The position numbers were made by a program, and so were the translations under genes. From the NCBI GenBank assembly GCA_943787445.1, contig CALSML010000023.1:2273-66272 (forward strand): a stretch of 64,000 nucleotides of DNA. Direction: 5' to 3'. The notes under the pieces are model-generated. The model did no database searches. It saw only the letters and a list, made by a program, of their open reading frames with translations, and was not told the DNA's origin. Shown piece by piece: positions 19,810 through 28,537 of this stretch. Each line of letters opens with the position of its first letter. Positions within the stretch are counted from its first letter, which is position 1. This stretch comes from an uncultured Alphaproteobacteria bacterium (GTDB lineage Bacteria; Pseudomonadota; Alphaproteobacteria; UBA6615).

Positions 19810-20659
19810 ATGCGAAAATCTTTGGCGATGATCGGACTTCCGATTCTGTTGGGTGGCTGCGGGCTACCCCCGGCCGTGACCTTGGCGTCCTGGGCGGCCG
19901 ATGGACTGAGTTACATCGTGTCCGGCAAGAGCGTGACCGACCATGCGATTTCCGAGGTTGCCGCGCAGGACTGCGCCCTGTTCCGGGTCGTGCAGGGCCA
20001 CGAGGTCTGCGAGGACTTCGAACTCGATGACAGCAACGGCTTCATTCTGACCGCATCTTCCTTCGAAGGCGGATCGACGCTCCAGGCCACCGAGATTGCC
20101 GCCGCACAGACACCGTCCGATCCGCTGGTCGTGCCGGCAGAGATTGCCGGGTTTGTCGAGGGATTTGGCCCGGACACGATTGCGGTAACAGCTTCGGCAC
20201 CGACCGCAGCATTCGTCCCCGCCACCGTTGCGTGGCAGGCACTAGTCCCCAGCCCAACCCATGCACGGTTTGCCGCAGCGACCCCGAAACCACGCCCGGC
20301 CTATCTGACCTCCCCGATCTATGAACTGGCGTCACTGAATGCCAACCCGCAGGGGGATGTGATCCCGGAACCGATGCAGGTTGTCTCGGTGATCGGGAGT
20401 TTCAAATATCTCGACAATGCCCGCGGTCTGGCAAAGCGGCAGGCCACGCTGAATGCGCAGGTGCGGCAGGTGCAGGCCAATGGCCGGATCTGGCATCGCG
20501 TCGTGGTCACGGCACCGCTGGAGGACGTCCAGCGCGCGGGATTCGAAGGATGCCTGGATCCTGAAGGTCTGCGCGTCCGGGGATGCCGCCGAGGGCTGCG
20601 AGACCACCACACAGGCTGCGGCAGAAACCGACATTGTACAGGTCGCCCGCGCCCATTGA
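19810..20659 (+). pseudogene. SPOR-domain lipoprotein, frame broken once near the C-terminus
   Basis: MRKSLAMIGLPILLGGC lipobox; SPOR-like VVSVIGSFKYLDNARGLAKRQ...WHRVVVTAPLEDVQRAGF. The tail continues as KDAWILKVCASGDAAEGCE... in the frame of ORF 20453..20659. Shift ~20541-20550. Confidence 0.7.
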
Positions 20660-20703
20660 CGTATTGCCATGAATTCGCCCGCGTGTTCGGGTAAAATGGC
20701 GTT

Positions 20704-21546
20704 ATGGACATTCTTCACAAAACCGCTCTGGGTGGTGCCGGACTCGCGATGGCGCTGTTGGCGACCTTCACGACAGCCCCGGCGCTGGCCGGCATGCCCC
20801 ATGCCTCCCACACCGCATTCTATGAACTCAGCATCGGACGGGTCGATGCCAAGTCCAATATTGTTGATGCCCGCGGACGTATGGTCGCGGAATGGCGTCT
20901 GACCTGCGAAGGCTGGACCACGAACCAGCGCCTGATTGTCAGCATGGCCCCGGGTGAGGGTGAGCCGATCGCTTCGGAAGTGACGATGACCAGTTTCGAA
21001 AGTCTGGACGGCAAAGCCTATTCCTTCGATTCGGAAACGAAAGTGGGCGGCGAAACGATCGAACTGGTGCGGGGAAAGGCCAAGCGCCCGGGTCCGGGGC
21101 AGCCGGGATCGGCGCGGTACAGCGAACCGCGCGGTCTGGTGCTCGAGCTTCCCGGGAACACCGTGTTCCCGTTCGAGCATACGATCGAGGTGCTGAAGGC
21201 CGCCGAGCGTGGCGAGCGGCGGGCGTTCAGCTATTATTTCGACGGCTCTCAGCCTGATATTGCCCCCATGGCGGCTAACTCGCTCATTCTCGGGAAGTCT
21301 CGCCAGGCAAGGGAGGGAGCACAGAACACCTTCGGCAAGCTCAGTGATGCCAAATGGTGGTCGGTTCGTCTGGCCATGTTCGACGGCCAGGCTGCGGGTT
21401 CGGGGAACGAAGCGCCGGAATTCGAAATGACCCAGCTGTTGCAGGAGAACGGCGTGGTGCGCAGGTTCGAGTTTGATTATGGCGATTTCACACTGGTCGC
21501 CGCGCTGGTGAAGATTGAGGAGATTGCCCGCCCGAAATGCGGCTAG
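20704..21546 (+). CDS. periplasmic DUF1849 / EipB-like envelope-integrity protein
   Basis: 280-aa ORF with signal peptide ...APALAG; FYELSIGRV...GRMVAEWRLTCEGWTTNQRL pattern recalled for DUF1849. Family from memory. Confidence 0.6.
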   Translation: MDILHKTALGGAGLAMALLATFTTAPALAGMPHASHTAFYELSIGRVDAKSNIVDARGRMVAEWRLTCEGWTTNQRLIVSMAPGEGEPIASEVTMTSFESLDGKAYSFDSETKVGGETIELVRGKAKRPGPGQPGSARYSEPRGLVLELPGNTVFPFEHTIEVLKAAERGERRAFSYYFDGSQPDIAPMAANSLILGKSRQAREGAQNTFGKLSDAKWWSVRLAMFDGQAAGSGNEAPEFEMTQLLQENGVVRRFEFDYGDFTLVAALVKIEEIARPKCG

Positions 21547-22891
21547 CTAGTCGCGTTTTCTGCTGGCCTTCTGCGCGCCGGGTTTGAGCCCTCGCCCCTT
21601 CGAAATGGCTTCCTTGCCAAGTTTGCCCCGCACCTCGTCCATCACCTGTTCGATGCGTTTGCGGTGGGCGGCGTCCGGGTCGGCGAGATCGGTCGGATCC
21701 GCGGCAAGGGCATCGGAAAAATTGGACAGACCGATACCGATCAGGCGAAATCGGCTGCCTGGTGGTGCGCCGTCGACTGCGCGATCCACAAGGGTCTCAC
21801 CGCAACGGAACAGGGTTTCGGCCAGTTGCGTGGGGGAGGGCAGGGCCTGAGAGCGGGTGAGCGTCTTGAAGGCTCGAGGTTTTGAGCTTCAGGGTCACCG
21901 TGCGCCCCGACAGGTCGCGGGCTCTTCACCCGTCCCGGACAGCTTCTCGCAAAGCGGCCAGAGGCGGCGTTTGAGTTCCTCCGGCTGCGGCGATGTCCTC
22001 GGAGAAGGTTGTCTCGTTGGAAATGTTCTTCGGCCAGGGAATGGGGGGTGACCGCGCGGGTGTCCTCTCCCCGGCTGAACCGGGCCAGACGCAGCCCCAT
22101 CGCGCCGTAGCGTGTGACCAGGCGTTTCTCGTCGACGGAGCGAAGCTGCCCGATGGTCTGCAGGCCGTCTGAGGCCAGTTTGCGGTGCAGGGCCTTGCCA
22201 ACCCCCCAGATGCGCGTGACGGGCTGCGTATCGAGAAATCGAGTGCTTCGGCCCGACCGATGATGGCAAAGCCGCGCGGCTTGTTCATATCGGATGCGAG
22301 TTTGGCGAGAAATTTGTTGTAGCTGAGGCCAATGGAGGCTGTGACACCGATATCCCGCTCGATCCGATTGATCAGCCGGATCAGGGCGGCAGCCGGGCTG
22401 GCGCGGTGCAGACGCTGGGTGCCGGACAGGTCGAGGAATGCTTCATCGACCGAAAGGGGTTCCACCAGCGGTGAGACTTCGCGCATCAGTTCGCAAATCT
22501 GCCGTCCGACGGCGACGTATTTGTCCATATCCGGCCGGATCACGGTTGCCTCGGGGCACAGTTTGAGCGCCTTGAACATGGGCATTGCCGAATGCACGCC
22601 CCGTATCCGGGCGATGTAGCAGGCAGCGGAAACAACACCCCGTCTGCCGCCGCCGACGATCACCGGCTTGTCGCGCAAGCCCGGGTCGTCGCGTTTTTCG
22701 ACGCTCGCATAGAAGGCATCGCAATCCAGATGGGCAATCGAGAGGGAATTGAGTTCGGCGTGAAACAGGGTCCGCGGCGATCCACAGGCCGGGCAACGCT
22801 GGACCTGTGCGGGGATGTCCGCCGCGCAGTTGCGGCAAAGCCCGGTGTCAGCCGCAAGGTTGGATTGATCTGTCACGGCGTATCCGGCCAC
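21547..22891 (-). pseudogene. dinB: DNA polymerase IV with N-terminal CxxC...CxxC extension; C-terminal third broken by at least five frameshifts
   Basis: HLDCDAFYASVEKRDDP, PLSVDEAFLDL, SIGLSYNKFLAKLASDMNKP are in one frame down to ~22236. After that LDTQPVTRIWGVGKAL.., PKNISNETTFSEDIAAA, EELKRRLWPLCEKLSG, RARDLSGRTVTLKLKTS and FKTLTRSQALPSPTQLAETLF...RFRLIGIGLSNF alternate between the three frames. Confidence 0.85.
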
Positions 22892-23775
22892 AGCCAGGCT
22901 GCGCCCCGTACGCCGCCGGAATCCCCATGTACCGCGCGGACGACAGGCGTTTCGATTTTATCGGAGAAAGCGTGTTCGGCGATCCGTTCGGGCAGATTGT
23001 CATAGAGCCGTTCGATGTTCGAAAGCCCGCCACCCAGAACGATGATATCAGGGTCGACGATGTTGATGAGAACGGTCAGCGCGCGCGCCAACTGGTCTTC
23101 GTAGCGCTGCAATGCGGCCTCAGCGGTGCTGTCGCCGGTTTTCGCTGCTTCGGTGATGTCACGCGCGGACATTTCCTTGCCGGTCGTCCGGGCAAAAGCG
23201 GCTTCGAATGCCGGGCCGGCGATGAAGGTCTCGATGCAGCCGGGCCGCCCGCAATAGCAGCCTGCGCCGGGATATTCCTCGGCTGTCATCCAGGGCAGCG
23301 GTGTATGTCCCCATTCTCCGGCAATTGCATTGGCGCCGGTGATCACCTGCCGGTTGACAGCGATCCCGCCGCCCACACCGGTGCCCAGAATGACACCGAA
23401 CACGACGGATACGTCCATTCCCGCCCCATCGGTGGCTTCCGATATGGCAAAGCAATTGGCATCGTTGGCGACACGCACCGGTCGGGCGAGACGTTCGGAG
23501 AGATCCCGATCGATCGGATGTCCGATCAGCCAGGTTGAATTTGCATTCTTGACCAGCCCCGTTGCCGGCGAGACGGTGCCGGGAATGCCAATGCCGACCG
23601 GAGTTGCCTGATTGGGGTCGGGGTCAATGCTGGCAACCAGATCAGCGATCGAGTCAAGAGTCTTGCTGTAACTGCCTTTGGGTGAATTGACCCTGAATCG
23701 TGCAACCTCAATGCCGTCGCTTTCGAGGACGATGGCTTCGATTTTGGTTCCGCCCAGGTCTATTCCGATGCGCAT
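22873..23775 (-). CDS. ROK-family sugar kinase (N-acetylglucosamine/fructokinase-like)
   Basis: MRIGIDLGGTKIE; zinc motif CYCGRPGCIETFIAGPA. Confidence 0.85.
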   Translation of the reverse strand: MRIGIDLGGTKIEAIVLESDGIEVARFRVNSPKGSYSKTLDSIADLVASIDPDPNQATPVGIGIPGTVSPATGLVKNANSTWLIGHPIDRDLSERLARPVRVANDANCFAISEATDGAGMDVSVVFGVILGTGVGGGIAVNRQVITGANAIAGEWGHTPLPWMTAEEYPGAGCYCGRPGCIETFIAGPAFEAAFARTTGKEMSARDITEAAKTGDSTAEAALQRYEDQLARALTVLINIVDPDIIVLGGGLSNIERLYDNLPERIAEHAFSDKIETPVVRAVHGDSGGVRGAAWLWPDTP

Positions 23776-23916
23776 GGTGACGTCTTTCGGTGGACATTTC
23801 GGAGTTTATTATCCATTTTCAATCCGTACTGAACCGATGTCTGTTTTGGTGTTATATCCTACGCCCCGGGTCGAACGATAAAACGCCTTTAGAACCCTGT
23901 CAGGAACTCTTCCATA

Positions 23917-24282
23917 ATGTCGAAAACCGTTCTCATCGTCGAAGACAATGAGCTGAATATGAAGCTCTTTCACGATCTTCTGGAAGCGCAGGGCTACAAC
24001 ACATTGCAGACAAAGGATGGTCGGGAAGCGCTGCAGCTGGCGCGCGAGCACCGTCCCGATCTGGTGCTGATGGATATTCAGCTGCCTGAAGTGTCCGGTC
24101 TGGAAGTCACAAAATGGATCAAGGAAGATGACGAGCTGAAATCCATTCCCGTGATCACGGAGACAGCCTTTGCCATGAAGGGGGATGAAGAGAAAATCCG
24201 TCAGGGCGGGTGCGAAGCCTATATCGCCAAGCCGATCTCGGTGACACAGTTTCTGGAAACGGTCGAAGAATTCATCAAATAG
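23917..24282 (+). CDS. divK: single-domain response regulator, DivK-like
   Basis: 121-aa receiver only; [53 protein letters not shown] closely resembles DivK. Confidence 0.75.
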   Translation: MSKTVLIVEDNELNMKLFHDLLEAQGYNTLQTKDGREALQLAREHRPDLVLMDIQLPEVSGLEVTKWIKEDDELKSIPVITETAFAMKGDEEKIRQGGCEAYIAKPISVTQFLETVEEFIK

Positions 24283-24304
24283 ACCGCACTGCTATCCCGA
24301 AAGC

Positions 24305-24331
24305 AAAAAGCCGCCTCAAGGGCGGCTTTTT
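24305..24331. terminator. bidirectional rho-independent terminator between divK and rpmG
   Basis: AAAAAGCCGCC-TCAAG-GGCGGCTTTTT; perfect stem with A- and T-tracts on both sides, between convergent genes. Confidence 0.85.
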
Positions 24332-24369
24332 GCGTCGTGGGGCCCCGGTTTCCCGAGGCCGCAACGCCA

Positions 24370-24537
24370 CTATTTCATTTTGTCTTCTTTGAACAGGACA
24401 TGCTTACGCACGACCGGATCATATTTCCGCATCTCGAGCTTTTCGGGCTTCTGACGGGGGTTCTTCTTCGCCGTGTAGAAAAAGCCGGTATCGGCTGAAC
24501 TCACGAGCTTTACGAGGATTGTGCTTGGTTTGGCCAT
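24370..24537 (-). CDS. rpmG: 50S ribosomal protein L33
   Basis: Not in ORF track (55 aa). ATG 24537, TAG 24370-24372: [55 protein letters not shown]. Confidence 0.93.
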   Translation of the reverse strand: MAKPSTILVKLVSSADTGFFYTAKKNPRQKPEKLEMRKYDPVVRKHVLFKEDKMK

Positions 24538-24641
24538 TTGTCTGTCCTGACACTGAATTCAGTCGGGGAAAATACCTGTCAGCCGCAGCAAGTCAAGCGA
24601 TGAAGATGAAAGATTGCCGGCCATGACGGGCGCAGATTGTG

Positions 24642-26213
24642 TTAGCGCTGCGCCACCGTTGTTTTGGCCTCATGCAGAAGGGCGCGATAGAGCTTGCTGT
24701 CGGCGATGATGGCCTTGGCCAACGCGAGGTCGACATCCGGTGCGCCGCTGTCAGAAGGACATATTTCGCGCAGGCGTTCGCGATTTGCGGCGTCTGAGTT
24801 CCCGGTGGCACGCCAAGTGTTCAGGCGGCCAGCCAGAATGTCACGGCCATGCTGCACATCGGGAACAAGGGTTTCGGCGGATTTGATGTTGCCGCCACCA
24901 TGGGTGCAAACCGATGGCAGGACCCCCAGTTCGTGCAGGCGATATCCGGAGGGGGCAAGGAAGCGCGACCAGGTCAGCGTGATCTCACCATTGTTGGGCA
25001 ATCGGAGGACCGACTGGACGGTTCCTTTGCCGTAGGAATTGGTGCCAATGACGATGGCGCGTCCATTGTCCTGAAGCGCGGCTGTGACGATTTCTGATGC
25101 CGATGCGGAATTTCCGTTGATCAGAACGACGACAGGAAGTCCTCGGGCCAGATCGCCTTTCTTGGCATCGAAGACCTGACGACTGCTGGGATGGCGTCCA
25201 TGAGTGGCCGAGATGGCACCGCCATCAAGAAAGATGTCGGAAACACCAATCGACACATCCAATCGACCACCAGGATTGGATCGCAGGTCGAGAACGAAGC
25301 CCTTGGGGGGGCCGCTGGCCGAACGCATCTGACGATCTATCAGCCGTTCCAGTCGGGTTGCGGATTCGACGTTGAAACCGGAAAGCCGCGCCACGGCCAC
25401 GCCGTCTTCACGTCGTACCTGCGCCGTTTCCGGGACCACATGAGCACGGTTGATGTGCATCGAGATCGGGTTTGCCTCGCCGGGGCGTTTCATGACGAAC
25501 TGGACCGCCGTATCGATAGGTCCACGCAGCCGTGTCACAAGATCACGCTGGGTCCATCCGGCTATGGATTTGCCATCGATATGGGTCATCCGGTCATCCG
25601 GCAGAACCCCCGCCTTGGCAGCCGGTCCGGTTTCGTTGACACCGATCACAAGTGCGTCGGTTTCTTCCATGCGAATGGTCACGCCAATGCCGCCGAAGCC
25701 GTCGCGAAAAGCCCGTTTCTCGGCGGCAGCTTCCGAATCGTCATAGCGCGAAAAACGATCCAGCGGTTTCAACACATTGTCGAAAACAGCCTTGAAAACC
25801 GTTTCCGCTGATGCCTGGTGCACGGTCGGGGAGGCCTGGCGAATGAGCGCGATGGCTTCGACCGTGGCATTGCTCCATGCCGCCGGGGCGTCAGTTGCAG
25901 GCTCTGCAACGCTGCCGATCAAGGCCTTGTTATAGTGGACTTCGATCCGGCCCGCGCTTTCGCGTACTTCGATCCTTGAATCCACCTCGCGCAGGCCTGT
26001 CAGACCGCTGACGCTCAATTCCCGTAGTGACACCGGACTGATGTAGCGTTCGCTGATAAAGCCATATCCCTTTTCGAACATGTCCCGGCTGTAGCTGTCG
26101 GTGTATTCGACATTCTGCGGCGGCGGTGTCTGAACACAGGCAGCCAGAACCAGCACGGCCACAAGGGAAAACAATCGCGTGGATATCGTGGAACATGATT
26201 TCAGGAAGCTCAT
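24642..26213 (-). CDS. S41-family C-terminal processing peptidase (lipoprotein-like)
   Basis: ATG 26213 gives MSFLKSCSTISTRLFSLVAVLVLAAC; PDZ region; GNSASASEIVTAALQDNGRAIVIGTNSYGKGTVQ. Confidence 0.88.
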   Translation of the reverse strand: MSFLKSCSTISTRLFSLVAVLVLAACVQTPPPQNVEYTDSYSRDMFEKGYGFISERYISPVSLRELSVSGLTGLREVDSRIEVRESAGRIEVHYNKALIGSVAEPATDAPAAWSNATVEAIALIRQASPTVHQASAETVFKAVFDNVLKPLDRFSRYDDSEAAAEKRAFRDGFGGIGVTIRMEETDALVIGVNETGPAAKAGVLPDDRMTHIDGKSIAGWTQRDLVTRLRGPIDTAVQFVMKRPGEANPISMHINRAHVVPETAQVRREDGVAVARLSGFNVESATRLERLIDRQMRSASGPPKGFVLDLRSNPGGRLDVSIGVSDIFLDGGAISATHGRHPSSRQVFDAKKGDLARGLPVVVLINGNSASASEIVTAALQDNGRAIVIGTNSYGKGTVQSVLRLPNNGEITLTWSRFLAPSGYRLHELGVLPSVCTHGGGNIKSAETLVPDVQHGRDILAGRLNTWRATGNSDAANRERLREICPSDSGAPDVDLALAKAIIADSKLYRALLHEAKTTVAQR

Positions 26214-26297
26214 AACACACACATATCGTGCAAAACCTTGCCCGGTAAAGTCCGAGCCGTCATTTCGCATATCTTGGATCAAACTGCTTTTGATTTC

Positions 26298-28529
26298 CTA
26301 ACGGCGTTTCTTGTGTCGTTTGTCGGGGCGTTTTCGGCTGGATTTCCGGTGTTTTTTGGGCCCGCGCGGGCGTGCCGGCATCCCGGCATCCATCAGATCG
26401 AAGATGGCCGACCCGCTCAGCCCGTCTGCTTCGGCAATGCGGATTTCGACACTGTCACCCATGCGGTATTGCCCCCCGTGCTCGGTCTTGAGCACCCGTG
26501 TGCTGATATCGAATCGCGGGCGCCCGCCCGGTAAACGTGATGCGGGCACAAATCCTTCCGCACCATTGTCGTCGATCGAGACAAACAGTCCCGCGCGCGT
26601 CGCGCCGCGGACGGTGCCGGAGAAACTCTGACCCAGTCGCGCTTCGAGAAAGGCTGCCGTGTACCGATCATTGGCATCACGTTCGGCTGAAACCGCACGG
26701 CGTTCGGTCTTCGATATATGTTCGCCGATCTCCGTGAAACGCCCGGCTTCATTGTCATCGAGCCCGCCATCGCCAAGCTGAAGGCCAAGGATCAGGGCGC
26801 GATGGACCAGCAGGTCCGCATAGCGACGGATGGGGGAGGTGAAATGTGCGTAGTCCTGCAATCCCAGACCGAAATGGCCGATATTGTCTGGGCTGTACTG
26901 GGCCTGCATCTGGCTGCGCAGGATGATCTCGTTGACGGTCCGTTCGTGCGGCTCACCGCGCACACGGTCGAGAATGCCATTGAAGTCTTTCGGACGCATG
27001 GATTTGCCGCGGGTCAGTTTCACGCCAAACCCTGCAAGCATGTCGCGCAAATCATCCAGTTTCTCGATGGAGGGTTCGTCGTGGATACGGAACATGACAG
27101 GCTGGCGCAGTCGCTTGAGTTCCCGGGCTGCGGCCACATTTGCAGCGATCATGAATTCCTCGATCAGTTTGTGGCTGTCGAAACGCGAGACCGGCGCGAT
27201 GTTCGTGACTGTGCCCGTGTCATCCAGCACAACCTTGCGTTCGGGCAGTTCCAGCTCCAGCGATCCTCTGGCGCTGCGGGCTGCGGACAGGCAGGCAAAG
27301 GCGTTGTAGAGATTGTCCAGATGGCCCGGCGCAACGGGGTCTTCGCCAGCATCGCGCGCGGCCTGCACCTGCTCATAGGTCAGGCGCGCGACCGAGCGCA
27401 TCAACGCGTGGCGAAAACGATGTTTGCGAAGTTTCCCATCCTTGCCAATCCACAGATCCGCGGCCACGCAGGCCCGGTCTTCGTCCGGCCGCAGTGAGCA
27501 CAATCCATTGGAGAGCGCTTCGGGCAGCATCGGCACAACCCGGTCCGGGAAATAGACCGAGTTGCCGCGACGGAAAGCCTCGCGATCGAGCGGTGAGCCG
27601 GGGCGGACATATTCGGCAACATCAGCGATGGCAACGATCAGATGCCAGCCACCCTGATTGTTGGCGCTCTGATCGGGTTCGGCAAAGACGGCATCATCAA
27701 AGTCACGGGCATCAGCACCATCGATGGTGACCAGTGGCAGGTCGCGCAAATCTGTCCGTTTGCCAAGGGTCGGCGGTTTTGCCGCCTCGGCTTCTGCGAC
27801 CACCGTATCAGGGAAATGGTCCGGTATGCCGGCGCGGTGAACCGCAATGCGGCTGATGGCGCCCGGGTCGTCACCGGCTCCGATGTTCTCGATGATCTTG
27901 GCCTGAGGCAGCCCAAGCCGGCGGGCTGGAAGCAGTTCCACCACCACAAGGTCACCATCTTCGGCAGCCGCGTTTTCACCGGCTGCGACGAGAAAATCGC
28001 CGCGTTGGCCACGTTCCAGGGGTGAGATGCGGCCGCCGTCTTCGCTCGCCCGATATCGTCCCACGACACTCTCGGTCCTGCTTTCTGTCATGCGCAGCGG
28101 CGTGGCTGTGTAGCGGTTGTCTCCTCGGGGCGACAGGCGCGCGACAAATCTGTCGCCAAGACCGGGGGCTGACATACTGGGTGGTGGAGACCGCACCTCG
28201 ATTTGCGGGGCCGGGCCATCCGAGCTGTGATTGACCGGACGAACTTTCAGATCGCCATCATCGTAAACGCCGATCACTTCCAGAACGGCGACTGGCGGAA
28301 GTTCAGCAGTCACGCGCCAGCGTCGTCCCTGAACGCGTTCGATTGTGCCTGCATCCTGAAGGTCGCGGAGAATCTCCCGGAGTGCCGTGCGCTGGGCCCC
28401 TTTCAAAGCGAATATTCGCGCAAGTTCACGCGTCGGAAGCGCCTCGGGTGACGACTTCAGGGTTTCGAGAATTGTTTCGCTGTCCGGCAAACCGTCCGGG
28501 CCCAGTCCCTCGATTTTGCGCTTTTCCAA
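26298..28529 (-). CDS. rnr: ribonuclease R
   Basis: 743-aa intact ORF; RNB core DARDFDDAV, PMLPEALSNGLCSL, HFGLGLQDYAHFTSPIRRYADLLVHR; S1 domain and basic tail. Confidence 0.95.
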   Translation of the reverse strand: MEKRKIEGLGPDGLPDSETILETLKSSPEALPTRELARIFALKGAQRTALREILRDLQDAGTIERVQGRRWRVTAELPPVAVLEVIGVYDDGDLKVRPVNHSSDGPAPQIEVRSPPPSMSAPGLGDRFVARLSPRGDNRYTATPLRMTESRTESVVGRYRASEDGGRISPLERGQRGDFLVAAGENAAAEDGDLVVVELLPARRLGLPQAKIIENIGAGDDPGAISRIAVHRAGIPDHFPDTVVAEAEAAKPPTLGKRTDLRDLPLVTIDGADARDFDDAVFAEPDQSANNQGGWHLIVAIADVAEYVRPGSPLDREAFRRGNSVYFPDRVVPMLPEALSNGLCSLRPDEDRACVAADLWIGKDGKLRKHRFRHALMRSVARLTYEQVQAARDAGEDPVAPGHLDNLYNAFACLSAARSARGSLELELPERKVVLDDTGTVTNIAPVSRFDSHKLIEEFMIAANVAAARELKRLRQPVMFRIHDEPSIEKLDDLRDMLAGFGVKLTRGKSMRPKDFNGILDRVRGEPHERTVNEIILRSQMQAQYSPDNIGHFGLGLQDYAHFTSPIRRYADLLVHRALILGLQLGDGGLDDNEAGRFTEIGEHISKTERRAVSAERDANDRYTAAFLEARLGQSFSGTVRGATRAGLFVSIDDNGAEGFVPASRLPGGRPRFDISTRVLKTEHGGQYRMGDSVEIRIAEADGLSGSAIFDLMDAGMPARPRGPKKHRKSSRKRPDKRHKKRR

Positions 28530-28537
28530 GCCGGGAC

